Under the pieces are notes generated by a model. The model was not told the DNA's origin and did no database searches. It was given only the letters and a program-made list of their open reading frames with translations. Shown here in pieces: positions 23,972 to 37,596 of a stretch of DNA of 64,000 bases (the first letter of the stretch is position 1; each line of letters begins with the position of its first letter). The DNA is from Octopus vulgaris. Lineage: Eukaryota. Made by a program: the position numbers and the translations under genes. The stretch covers positions 41,230,001 through 41,294,000 of the forward strand of contig OX597819.1 of the NCBI GenBank assembly GCA_951406725.2, in the 5' to 3' direction.

Positions 23972-25308
23972 CAACACACTTCAATATCTGATGCACAGAT
24001 GCACAGTCTCCCTGCTCTCTCTCTCTCTTGCATCCTCTCTTTTTTTTTTCTTTTTTAAACCTACTGTTAGTACAGTGACCTCTGTTCTTTCTGGTTCAGC
24101 TCGTGTACCTCCACCCCCACCCCGCAACTCAGGCGCTCCTGACTCACTTGTTTTTATTTTACTCTTGTTCTCCATATCACATCATACCACTCCCACACCA
24201 TCTAGCACTAACCACTTACTGCTTTTAGTCCCTCCACACACACAGAACATCATCCCTCTGGAATTCCTTTCCTCCACCTATTTTGACTGCAGCTACCAAC
24301 ATAAACTGTGCCGATCTCACCTGTCTCAGAGGTACCATTTATCCACTGGTTTAATTTGGAGGAAAGGACTATTCCCTGACACAGTCTCTTCTCCAAGATT
24401 AAACAAACGAAGTAAATAAATAAATGAAAAATAAACAAATAAAATAAGGTTGTACTAAATTCATAGAATGCTGTAGTATAACTGGAGGTTCCGGTATATT
24501 TTCATACAAACACCAAATACTAATCTATTAGAAATATGTCAAATTATTTCATTATTGTATAGCATTTTCAAATAAAATTTCATTTCATAGTTTAAACAAA
24601 ATCTAATAAAAGGATTTTTCAGAGCATTTCGATTTAAATAAAAATAAAAAAATGACTTCCATCTGTTTTACATAAAATGAAAATACAAAGGCAAAATAGT
24701 TCAAAGTAAACCAACGCTTAATTTTTAGAGAAGTAGATTTTACTGGAAGAATTGAAGAAGAATATGAGGTGTGGAGTAAAAATGTCAAACTGTCTTATGA
24801 GAAGAAAATATAGTTTTCTATCAGATTATATTTCATTTCATAAGGCGAGAAAAAAAAAAACTGTGTGTAATCAATGATATACAATTTATCAATAGCAGAG
24901 ATTTATTGGAAAACGCAAAATTTGAGTTGATAATGGGGACGCCTAAACAGAAATTAGCTCTAATTGAGCAAAGAAAAAAAAAAATCTACACTATCTATGA
25001 TTGTCTCATGAACAGAGTATTTTGACTGCAAAACACTATTCTTATTTCCTTTATAATTAGAGAATATTAATTATTTCTGTGGCAGAAAAATGGATGCAAT
25101 GAGCCAATAAATACTATAAGATGAAGAGCAAGTTGGCTAAAGGTTTGTCTTTTCTTTTTATTTATTTATTTATTTAATAGCGTTCATTAGAAAATGGTCA
25201 TAATAGGGAACTACTAATATGTGTTTACTAAAGGTGGGGGGGAGGTTTGGTTCTCCATCTCCAACCAACCAAATACCCTTCTTTTCTACTAATACATTTA
25301 ATGAAATG

Positions 25309-25379
<71 letters not shown>

Positions 25380-26589
25380 CAACTCCAATTGTCTGACTAT
25401 ATGTGGCAGAGGATTTTCTGTGAAAAGAAATTCCTGGAGTTGCTGAATTAATTTTTAAAAAACCCCAAAAAACCACACACCTGCACACACACAATAATAA
25501 TAATAATTATAACAACAACAATAATAATAATAATAATAATGATATCAATGGTAGTAACAAAACAATAATGTCAAGAAAAAGGGTTTCCATATTTATAGAT
25601 ATTTGCTTTGACTGAACAAACGTAAAAGCCCACTACAGCTAGTATAATTATTCCGCTCTCCTAGCAAATTGACCTTGACAGTGAAAACAAGGAAGTAAGG
25701 ATTTCTCTTCCAAAACAAGATCTTAGTAGTATCCAGAGTAAAACGATAAAATACCATTTGAAATGAAAAATGCCTTTAGTTATTTTAGTCATTGAACAGC
25801 AGGGAATAATAATTATGTATATTTTTATAAAAATTTTTTTTTTAGCAATGTGATAGTAAAAAAAAAAAAGTTTAGTGGGGGTGGAGTGAGGTGAGAAAAA
25901 ATAGGCTACCAAAATAATAAAGAAATAATTCTAAAAATATGACATCAGAAAAAAATGGTAAACATGTTAAGGATTTTAATCTTCAAAAATATATTTTCAA
26001 ATATATACACACACACACACACACATATATATATAATAGTCCTAAAAATTAGACCTATTAAAAATATTTAATTACTAGACTCTAATTAAGTGTGAACGAA
26101 AAAAAAAAGGGCCTATATAAAATAAAATGCATCATTATTTATATTCTAATAATAACAATAAAGATGGTGATGATAATAACCAGAATGTCAACAACAACAC
26201 CAACAATCACAATATTAATCATTTATTCACAGATTGGTTTTGTTATTGTTGTTATTTTCATCAAAGATATCCTGTAAAAGCATCATTGAGTGCAGTGCCA
26301 ACTACAAATATATCAAACAAATAAATAAATAAATAAAACAAAAACAATATTCTCTCCCCTCCCTCCCCCCTTTCTCTCTCCAAGAAATTCCAGAATGTAT
26401 TGCTGACAGACATAGTTCAAGAGGAATTATGTTGCATTCTTCACTCTGTCGCTTTGTCAATCAAATTCCTATGATTCCACAGTTGAAAGAAGAAGAAGGT
26501 GGTGGAGGTGGAGGAGGAGGAGGAGGAAGAAGAAAAAAGGAGGAAGAGGTGAGATCGAAAGGGATGGAGGTGGGGGGGAAGAGGGCAAA

Positions 26590-26651
26590 ATAAAATGCTC
26601 ATAATGATGGTGGTGATTGTGGTGGTGATGATAATAATAATAATGATGATG

Positions 26652-26700
<49 letters not shown>

Positions 26701-26746
26701 TAATAATGATAATAATAATGATAATAATAATGATAATAATAATGAT
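26590..26746 (+). repeat. (AAT)n/(GAT)n/(GGT)n microsatellite
   Basis: Long trinucleotide run visible directly. Confidence 0.9.
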
Positions 26747-27421
26747 GTGGAAATGTCAAGGCTAAACATTGTTGTCCAGTGACAGAGCGTTATTTTCAGT
26801 ATTTCCGCATTTCCACTAGCAGAACTGTGTTCTCACTAGGTCACTAAGTATAATGCAGTAGCAAATTGAAACCCAACAGGAAAGGGATAACTACAGTTAC
26901 TAGGTTTTTATTGAGGAAGAAATATCAAAGCCACTGCTACACTTCTGCTGCTGCCACTATACAGCAGCAGCAGCGGGAGGAGTACCGAGAGTGGTTGCTG
27001 CTGTTGCTGGTGCTGTTGTTGTTGTTACTGCTACAGCTACAGTTATTGTTGTTGTTGTTGTTGTTGTTGTGTGTACTGCTACTGCAGTGAGATAGCCTGC
27101 TGCAACAACCAAAGAAAATAAAATATTGACCACTGTATGAATTGCAGAATGCGTGAGGAGTGGAGGATGGTATGTGTTGTGTGTGTGTGTGTGTGTGGAA
27201 GGTGGGAAGGAGGGAGGAGAGAAGAGTGTGTGTGTGTGTGTGTGTGTGGTGGGGAGGATAGAGAGAGAGAGAGAGTAAAATGAAAGAATAATAGCGCAGA
27301 ATGTCAACAACTATCCGTCAATTCCATTGATGTCATTTTAAGTGAAGCTGATCTGGTATCGCTTCAGCTGGACTGTTATAATTTTATCAAATCTCTCACT
27401 GCAAGAGCGACGACGACTTAC

Positions 27422-27434
27422 ACTTGTTTCTCAT
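27422..27434 (-). CDS. Candidate alternative first coding exon of chimaerin (MRNK + phase-1 T)
   Basis: gaaATG AGA AAC AAG T|gtaagt has a consensus donor and an in-frame TGA two codons upstream. T+TG gives the conserved Leu of LYQLQ. No transcript evidence. Confidence 0.5.
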
Positions 27435-27465
27435 TTCTCAGAGAAAGAGAGATTGATAGAGATAG

Positions 27466-27515
<50 letters not shown>

Positions 27516-28226
27516 CAAGCATTTGTGAGAGGATACTGTGGTATATGATTTTAGTGACTTGCGTGCAATACAGTAGACAGTGATAGTGCAAAACAAGAGT
27601 TGAGAAAATACACCGTTTCTCTTCTCTTCACTCTCTCTATATGCGCGTGTGTGTGTGTGTGTGTGTGTGAGAGGAGAGAGTGAGAGAGGGGGGGAGTTCA
27701 GCTATGGTTGATTGGCACACAACACTATCAACAGCAACAGTAGTAAAAGCAACAACATCAAAAGGATAAGGAATGCAGAGTTCCGAGTTGTCTTTAAAAG
27801 CAAACCAAACTAGGAATCTATTTCCCCAGACAAGATGGAACAGTATAATAAGTATCATAAAAAATTTTAACTAAAATACACCTAGTTATTATTATCTATT
27901 AGACAAGAGAAAAATCTGGGGCACAGGTTCTACTTTCAGTATCATCAACTGAATGCCTCACAGATATTTATTTTTTTCAAATTGAGTATTTTTATTTAGT
28001 TCATAAAACTAAATTATTTAGTATGAATTAATGTTTTCCTTTAAACCAACATGAAATGAAATTAAAGTTTTACCTATAATTTTCTTTTATTGAGAATAGT
28101 ATATATACAATTAATTTAGATATTATTCCAAAGATTAAATCTGCAATCTACACATGGAAATTAAGAAATATTGACAAATATAATCCAAAAACAATTTGGA
28201 TCTGTATGTGCGATTTTTTTCTGGGG

Positions 28227-28392
28227 ATATATATATATATATATATATATAATTATATATATACACACACACACATACACACACACACACATACTTATAT
28301 ACATATATACACAATACATACATATATACATATATATGCACAATACATATATATATATATATACACACACACAATACATACATATGCATAAC

Positions 28393-28436
<44 letters not shown>

Positions 28437-28455
28437 ATACATACATATACATAAC

Positions 28456-28501
<46 letters not shown>

Positions 28502-28557
28502 ATACATACATATACATAACTATATACATATATATATATATATACACATACATATAA

Positions 28558-28591
<34 letters not shown>
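28227..28591 (+). repeat. Compound (TA)/(CA) tract with ~60-bp higher-order repeat
   Basis: acacaatacatacatat.cataactatatacatatatat recurs 3-4 times. Confidence 0.85.
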
Positions 28592-28791
28592 GTAGGTCCC
28601 GGGTTGATTCGGGGTTAACCACAGTAAGTAAGGTACTCAATACATAGCAGAGTAAAATTAATTTATTATATAGAAGGAGCTTCTACAGGACTAGTACTGT
28701 TTCATTCAAGAGAAATCTTCAGGAAGCTCCTGAAGATTTCTCTTGAATGAAACAGTACTAGTCCTGTAGAAGCTCCTTCTATATAATAAAT
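28592..28791. mobile_element. TA-inserted element ending in a 64-bp-arm palindrome with a hammerhead-like core
   Basis: 28661-28724 pairs with 28728-28791 (3-nt loop). The arm contains CTGAAGA...GAAAC-AGTACT-AGTC. (TA)n on both sides. Confidence 0.65.
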
Positions 28792-29269
28792 ATATATATA
28801 TATATATATATAATATATATATATATATAATACATACATATACATGTATGTGCGTGTGTAATTTTTCTCTCCATATATATATATTATATATATAATACAT
28901 ATACTTATATACATACATATATACACATATGTATGTGTGCATGAGTGCGTGTGTAAGAGACAGAGAGAATATGGAACTTTTATTTTAAATGGGCTGAAGA
29001 TAATAAAGAAGATAAAGCTCCTACATTAACTCATCTGGTTACACCCTCCAAACATCAGTGGCAAAAGAATTTTAAAATGAGATACAGTTTAACAAAGTTG
29101 TTTGAAATTATCAGGTCCTTATTCCTGTTGGACTTTGTTCAGTACACCATAGGTTCGTTCTATTAAGCACAGCGACCTCTACAGGCACTTCTCAAAAGCA
29201 ACTGGAGCACCTATCTTTCTTCCACTACATTTGACATGAAATGGTCAATCGCATATTTGTAAAACTTAA

Positions 29270-29490
29270 CCCTTTCGATACCAACCTGCCTGAAACTGCC
29301 TCTGATTCTGTAGTACAAATGTCTTGTTTTCAAAAGTTCTGAATTAAAATCTGCCACCAAACCTTTGTCACAATTTATGTTCCTAACACTAGCTTAATGA
29401 TAACTAAGTTATTTTACTAAATTCATTATTATATTTAAAATAATTGAAAGAAACACAGAGCACCTCAAAATAAATATGGTAATGAAAGGG
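29270..29490. mobile_element. TTAA-targeting MITE, family A
   Basis: ttaa|ccctttc...gaaaggg|ttaa. More diverged copies at 49250-49462 and ~54380-54600. Confidence 0.85.
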
Positions 29491-30389
29491 TTAATGGTGG
29501 CCTATGAACCACTGCCACTATTAGTCCTCATCACGCACACACAGACACACATAGAAACACACACACAAACACACAGCTGCTCGTGCACCTAGAGCTGATC
29601 ACTGGCTATCCATTAAGGAATGTTGCTGATTTCATGGTCAATGGTAAGAGTGTAAACTGTGACCTTAGACGCACTAGATGCTAATTATTATGGTCGATTA
29701 TAGACTTATTACTTTGAGAAAAATGACTCATCAAACAGATGATCTGGTGCTTTTCTGACATAGTTGTTTTATTCTGGAGGTATTAAAATGTTGGCTTCAG
29801 AGTTTTCCCCCTACTCCCTTGTAGCCACCTAGATTATTAAAGCAATACCCCTTTAGTTTCATAGACATTTAAACACTATTTCCATCATTATGATTTAATC
29901 TCATACTGGTCTGAAAATAATTCAAAATAATAACCAGAATTGACTAACAAATAATGAAAAATATTTCAATGGTAATATAAAAGGAAGTAAAAATATATTT
30001 TATTCTTTTACTTATTTCAGTCATTTGACTGCGGCCATGCTGGAGCACCACCTTTAGTCAAACAAATCGACCCCAGGACTTATTCTTTTGTAAGCCTAGT
30101 ACTTATTTTATTGGTCTCTTTTGCCAAACTGCCAAGTTATGGGGATGTAAACACACCAATACATACATACATGACAAGCTTCTTTCAGTTTCCATCTACC
30201 ATATCCACTCATAAGAAACTTGCCCAAAGTGCCACGCAGTGGGACTGAACCCAGAACCATGGGGTTGGGAACCAAGGTTCTTAATGCACAGCCACCCCAT
30301 ATACCATATTTCACATATTTAAGTCACACTATTTTATACGTGATTTAAATTGGAAAACACCAGGGTACAACTTATAATAAGTAATTACA

Positions 30390-30420
<31 letters not shown>

Positions 30421-31871
30421 CTATTTTTGGAATATATACATTGTTTTGGAGGGTTTTCTCTAAATGCATGATTTTCTGTTTAAAATATTAATTAATGAAA
30501 AGTTAATAATAAAAAATTAATGAAAATTTTTTTCCAAATCCAGCCAATTTTCTGATTCAAAGTGAAATTACAAACCAGGATAATCCAATTATTATTTCAC
30601 TATTATTTTTTTTTTTAAATATCTGTATTTAAAACTCACTGACAGACATTTCAAAGTAGTAAGATGCGATAATATTAATTCAAGGTTTTATGAAATGATA
30701 TTACAGTCTTTAACCCGTTTAGTGCTCAATTTCTTCACATTGTTTTGAATTAATCACACATTACTTTGTAGCTTCAAGATTTTAATGGTGTACTTGTATA
30801 TTTTTAGAATGACATTGTAGGATAAGTGTGAGAGGTTGAATCAGGTCAGTTTAAACATAAAACAGGTAGAATATTTGGACCAGATATGGCCAAATTAAAT
30901 GCTAAAAGGTTAAATATTTGTTATATTCAGTTTAGAATACTGCTTTTATTTAATCAAAGGAGCAGGAGATTATTTTTATCTACCATTTATAAAGAAATCA
31001 TTAACAGAGAATTATTGGAAGGTATTTCATCCTCAGTTTTGGATTTGCCCTAATGCATAGAACATCCTCCTAATTTTAAGAGATTTTACTTGAAAAATAT
31101 TATATCTAAAATTATTGTGAACTACAGAAGCCCTAAAATATTACATTGACCAGCTCCAGGAAGCATAAGTTTAAATTAGAAATGCTTTCCTAGGGGCTTC
31201 TTTAGCTAACAACTGAGATCTGTTGATTGCAAAGCAAGGTAAAATGTGAACTATTAAGAGAACCTAAAATAATTTTATTAAAATGGGGCACACATTGTCA
31301 ATCACCAGACTCCTCTTAGATGAATACCATTCTATATTACAAGCATTCAACCAGGTCTCTAGATTGAGTATAACATCCTTCTATCCACCAACTAAACTCT
31401 GAATGGGATCATGAGCATTGTTCTTGTTCTACTGCCTAAATAAGAAAGTGAATAATGTACTTCAACCTCAATAGTATACGCTCTTACATAATTTATTGAT
31501 AACCATAACAAAAGTATTAACTCACCTTAACCAATGCTAATAATTAGTTTCCAGGTGTTATAAATCCAAATGGTTAAACTGAATTCATTTGATCAAAATC
31601 TAAACAAAACACTCACAGACATGCCCCAGGCTCTGAAACACAGTTGAGCTTTGTCTTCTCTCTCCCTTTTTCAACTACTACTATGTTGCTACAATGGCCT
31701 CTATACCTCAAAGTCGTCTTGTACTTTCTCCACACAGACACTTCTGACCTATTTGTCTCTCGACCTCTTGTCACCTTTGTTATGTCCACCACTAACCACT
31801 ACACTCACACTTTCCTCTTACCCAGTCTCTGAGGGCCTTCAAAGCCATGAGTATTGCCCTTCCCTCTAGAT

Positions 31872-32079
31872 CAGTGGTTCTCAACCATATTTTACCAGTG
31901 CGTCCTTAGATTCCTATATTACTCAGGTAGACTTTCATAGCCATTTGATGTTTACAAAATCCTATTATATTTTTATAATTAAATATTAAAATATTTTGTG
32001 TATTGTAGAAGTATAACCAATTTATTGTGCACAGGCTTTAACAACAAAATCTTATATGGACCCTGTTTGAGAATCACTG
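31872..32079. mobile_element. hAT (Charlie-like) MITE
   Basis: TIRs cagtggttctcaa / ttgagaatcactg; TSD ctctagat/ctctagac. Confidence 0.85.
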
Positions 32080-33165
32080 CTCTAGACCTAGCATAATAAT
32101 AATTATAATAATAATAATAATAATAATAAAAATAATAATAATAATAATCATCCTTTAACGTTTATTTTCCATACTGGCATAGGTTGGATGGTTTGACCAG
32201 AGTTGGCAAGCTGGAGAGCTGGACCAGGTTCCAGTCTGATTTAGCTTGGTTTCTATGGCTGGATACTCTTCCTAATGCCAACCACCTTAAAGTGTGTACT
32301 GAGTGCCTTTAATGTGGCACTGGCATAAGCACTTTTACATGGCACCAGTCCAAGTGCTTTTTGCATGGCATCAGTGTAGGACTCTTTCAGGCCAATCCTC
32401 TTCACCAAGGGATGCAGCCTTAATATTCCTGCTGCAGAGGATGATGAATAGATAGTGGTAAACAATTTTTCACAACATTGCCTGCTAATAAGCATTGATA
32501 CTGTGGAGAACATGATTTTATGGCTAACATTTTCAAAGAAATCACATGTTAAAGTCTCAACATGTCACTTCAGATAATAGCTCTAAACACTTCCATTTGA
32601 AATGGTTAAAATGGTTAAAACAGGGGTTCTCAATAATTTTTTAATCTATGGACCCCTTTGATTACTATTTTATTCTGGTGAACCCCCATAGTCATTCAGT
32701 GCTGAAAAACTAGTTTTATAGAAACTTCTTTCAAAATTCCTATTTTGTTTTACACACATTAAGTTGTGTAAGTTGAACTCTGTAAGATGTTAAGAGAAAG
32801 AACCTTAGCTGTTCTTGCAGTACAAACCAATAAATATATCTAAAATTTTTTCAGGAGCCCTTAAAATACAATTGTGAATCCCCCAATTTACTATATTATT
32901 GCTTGGATCCCACCCAAAATCTTTAAAATAATGGGTTTCTTTAACCCCGTGGTTAAAGAAACCCACTATTTATTCAAATACATTATAGCTATTGTTTAAT
33001 TGTTTTATCACAATTTAAGTAACTATATATTTAACAAGTAAGTTGTCAAGAATTTAAAAAAAAAACTTGATTTAAATTTTTTAATAATTTTCTATCTAAT
33101 GATCACAAAAATTTATTAAAATTCATAAAATATTGAGTATAAGGAAACAAAATAAATCAGATATA

Positions 33166-33515
33166 CTCTCTTTTACTTGTTTCAGTCATTTGACTAGCCA
33201 TGCTGGAGCACCGCCTTTAGTTGTGCAAATCGACCCCAGGACTTATTCTATCGGTCACTTTTGCCGAACCGCTAAGTTACGGGGACGTAAACACACCAGC
33301 ATCGGTTGTCAAGCATACACAAACATACACACACACACACACACATATATACATATAATTGATAGGCTTCTTCCAGTTTCCGTCTACCAAATCCACTCAC
33401 AAGGCTTTGGTCGGCCCGAGGCTATAGTAGAAGACACTTGCCCAAGGTGCCACGCAGTGGGACTGAACCCAGAACCATGTGGTTCGTAAGCAAGCTACTT
33501 ACCACACAGGCACTC
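33166..33515 (-). mobile_element. SINE family 1
   Basis: Reverse complement of family 1 with small deletions. Confidence 0.85.
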
Positions 33516-34546
33516 AAATCCAAGACAAGTTATATGTAAAACTGAAATATACTATCTCTCTCTGTGCATGTGTGTGTGTGTGTGTGCATGATTGCATCTA
33601 TCCTTTTTAATTCTAATACTCAACTTATTTTGCTATAGGACTCTAATAGGTATTTCATAAAATCTGTTTACACAGCGTCAAAATATTCAAATACATTAGT
33701 CAGCTGAATTTCTAGCTTGTTTTTCTCAAGATTTTTATAACTTTCAGTGATAAAAGTTCTTATCATTAATAATACAGTTAAATTGCTTTACAAACTACTG
33801 CCGGAGAGCAATTTAAAGCTGGGAGTGGAATTGATATTACTTCACCAAAGTAGCAAAGAGCATTGGCTGCTCTGCTAACAATTATCTTACAATGAGCCAA
33901 TGATGAAGCCACATATGTGGTTAGTTGACCAGCTAAGAATAGCAGCCAAAATCACTCTAATCATTACTTATCTTAAAAAAGGCCACGTTATTTACTGTGG
34001 TTCTAGATGGGTTGTTATACCTGGTATGTTATGGATCAAAAGGTTGGCAGAACCAAGCTAAATATCAATAACTACTGGAGCAACTATTTCACACAAAAAA
34101 AAAAAGAAAAGAAAAAGTATAATACTTAAATATGTATTGAGAATTGTATTTCCATTCCTTGAAGTGCAAAATGTTTTATTTTTTAATGCACAAACACTTA
34201 TTTTTACAGACTTAAAAAGGGGTCTCCTCTGAAGCAGGGAAACTCATTTGAGAACAATAAAGCCAATTCACTGCCATGCTGTATGTTGTGCAAGCCTAAT
34301 ATAGATTTTTTTTGGTTAAGAAATTACTATTTAAATCAATGCCATTATTTAGAACCAAATAGAGAAAGGGAACAATACTGTCATTTAATCTACTGTAGTT
34401 AGATGTGGAACTGTTATCTACTTCAAGATAAGACATCTATTTAATAGAGAATAAGATTGGGCTCAACTATCATTTAGCTGAAATATGCTGAGATAGAGTG
34501 GCCAATGGTATAATAATACAAACAGAACCATTATCATAATCATTTT

Positions 34547-34930
34547 TACTCTTTTACTTGTTTCAGTCATTTGACTGCGGCCATGCTGTAGCACCACCTT
34601 TAGCCGAGGAAATCGACCCCAGGACTTATTCTTTGGAAGCCTAGTACTTATTGTATCGGTCGCTTTTGCTGAACCGCTTAGTTATGGGGATGTAAACACA
34701 CCGGCATCGGTTGTCGAGCGATGTTGGGGGGGACAAACACAGACACACAAACATATACACATACATACAACGGGCTTCTTTCAGTTTCCGTCTACCAAAT
34801 CCACTCACAAGGCTTTGGTTGGCCCGAGGTTATAGTAGAAGACACTTGCCCAAGGTGCCACGCAGTGGGAATGAACCCAGAACCATGTGCTTGGTAAGCA
34901 AGCTACTTACCACACAGCCACTCCTGCGCC
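34547..34930 (-). mobile_element. SINE family 1, full length
   Basis: Reverse complement of the family-1 sequence. Confidence 0.9.
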
Positions 34931-37596
34931 TGTAAATTATTTTTTGATTCATCTATGGATTGGATAGGTTTTCTCCAATATGCTGTCTTGTCATTTGTTG
35001 TGTCTTTTACCATCTCCTTCTTCAACTCCACACTTTAACAACTCATATCCTCCTTCACTTTCACAACATATCTTCCTTGGTTGTCTTCTTCCACATGTTC
35101 TTCACATTTGGATTGTTTTATCCAACCATCATGTAATTGTCTCATTAAGAATTTGGTTCATTAATGTGATACTTCTTTAGTTACTCTTTGACTATGTGAG
35201 TAACTTACGTGCATCTCGCACTGCCACAGAATTTCAGTGTCTCAGATATCTCTGATAGTGCGGCTGTTTCATCTAATTTCATATCTTTGTGTTTTCAATT
35301 ATACACCTATCAATTTCAAAAGTTGATCCCTGTGTTTAGTTTATTCTGGGTAGTCATCACTCTCCAATACATTCTCCTCATTCAGCAACATCTCATATTA
35401 AAGCTTCAATGCCTCTTCTCAGCATCAATGAAGGTAAATGCACCACTATTATTTTAAACACACTTTTCCCCAACAATGTCTTGATTCACACCGACAAGCA
35501 ATTTTGCAATCTGGAACACCTTACACCTCTGAGCACTGGCAAACCTTTTACTTTCAGTTTCTCTCATAGCAGTTTGCTAAAACTGTCTAACTCCCCTTCT
35601 AGTAAACTGATATCATTCCCTGTTCCTCAATTTCTTCGAATCTTCCCCGGCCTGTCACTTAGATATATGTCTCTATTTACTGTACTATTTCACCACTATG
35701 TCGCCTTTCATCTGGCTAGAACCTTGTTCCATTCATAAATATGGTATGCGAATCTTACAGAAATTCCCAGTTCTCCTCCCTATTTTATAGGTTTCTGCCT
35801 CCTCAATATATGTCAACTAGTATTTCTCTGAACCTGCATCTTGTTGAGAGATCTCTCACCTCCTACACATTCTTTCTCCAAATTGTGGATTTCTGAATCT
35901 GCCTAGCTTTTATCTTAAGGTTGCTAACCACTAGGTTGTGTTGTGTGGTACATTCTTCACAGAGGAAGAACCAGCTGCTTAATCTGATTCCTGGTGAGTA
36001 TGGAATCTACCTGGCTTGCATCTTCACCTCACTGGTAAGTGATCAGGCAGTTAGCTGAAGTTAGAGTTGCAGACATCCGGGTCACCTGCCTCGGTCCCTA
36101 CTCATTCCTTGTGCCATATTCATACTTCCAGGTACACTGGAGTGTCATGATGCTATTGCCTAACATGCCCATTAAAACCCACCAGCTGTAGTAATGAAGC
36201 CGATTCATTATCAAGAGATTCTGTAAGAGGACCTCACAGAATCAGTCCTTTTGCTCATCTCCCAGTCCTGACTAATGAGCATTATTGTTGTGTTGTCCAT
36301 GACTAGTCTAAGCCTAATTATTTCCTTACATACTCTACTTTGATTACTTTATACATTTCTCTTCCAACAATATACATATTTCACCCACCCAAGCTGTTAC
36401 TCACCCTAAAGAATTAGTAATTGTGTTCCTGGGGAATCTAGCTTACCACTGATATACAGCACATATGTTCTTACCTCCACTCCTGCATCTCTACAACATC
36501 TCCAGCTTTACCTTCTTTTTGCTAACACTGATGGTGGGAACCTTGAGGTTTTGTACCTGACAGAATGAAGCTAGATTCTGGTGTGCAAACTATTTTATGT
36601 TAGAAGTGTTTAATAAAATACAAAATTTTCATGAAAATGTCAAACAATTAATCAAACAACACATTTACTGTGAACAAAAACTGAGGAAAACTTCATCACA
36701 AAATATATTAAATGTTAAGTGCATCTCTATTGAATATATTTGAAAAAAAAAAAAAAAAAAAGTCAGAAGAATCAGGAAAGATTATGAATTTACCAAAATG
36801 GGTTGTAATAGCAAAAGATTGAGAACCATTGATAGATACCTTTTCAGATTTATGACATTCTCCCCATACAGATATCATGGACAGAAATAGAAATGTTAGC
36901 TGCTATGTGTCATGTATAAATTTTGGAACTTTGGATGATGAAATATGAGATTATTTTATAGTACTTCACAAGAAAAGAAAAGAAGAAAGGAAGAAACTGA
37001 GAAAGGAGAAATTAGATATTGTGTGGGCAGTGAAATCGCAAACAGAAATGTTACAGTACTTCACAAAGAAAACTATATGAAAAGTGAGCAGTGTGGAATT
37101 AGATATCAGTGGGTGCACAATGACGCGTAATGATATTTTAGGAAGATTGGCAAAGAATCAAAACGTCAGGTGGATCACAAACTCTGCTATAACCAACAAA
37201 TGAGCAAGCCAAAAACTAAAGACTAAAGTACAGTCAAGAATCCAGCAAACTGGTGAGGGTTGGTGTCAGTAACAATGAATACTGTGACAAGTAGGAAGTC
37301 TGATGTTTCTGGCTCTATCTTTCAACAGACAGCAGATAAGGGTAAAGTTGTTGTTAACCTGGTTGGCAGTACAAGAAGCATTGAAGAGCAAAAGCCTTGA
37401 TATGTCAGACATTTGAACTGTAGCAACTGAATTTACTCAACATTCTACAAACTCTCCAACTAAAGAGTAAGATATGAAGTTAGTGAATGGGACCCATTTA
37501 GTGTGCTAGAGTGGATTTAGGTACAAACAGGGTTCACATTGTAATGTAGAAACAACACTGTCTGTGACAGCAGCAGCATTGTTGTCATTATCATTA

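Larger units (their letters stand above)
23830..28200. promoter_or_regulatory. SINE-free, simple-repeat-rich island; putative promoter/5'UTR region of chimaerin
   Basis: About 4.3 kb with no recognisable SINE or MITE copy, whereas they are dense elsewhere. Rich in GA, CAG/CTG, AAT and GGA tracts. Contains both candidate first exons. Confidence 0.4.

Noticed and set aside
23991-24419. 142-aa plus-strand ORF
   Set aside because: Low-complexity composition with no recognisable domain or splice context.
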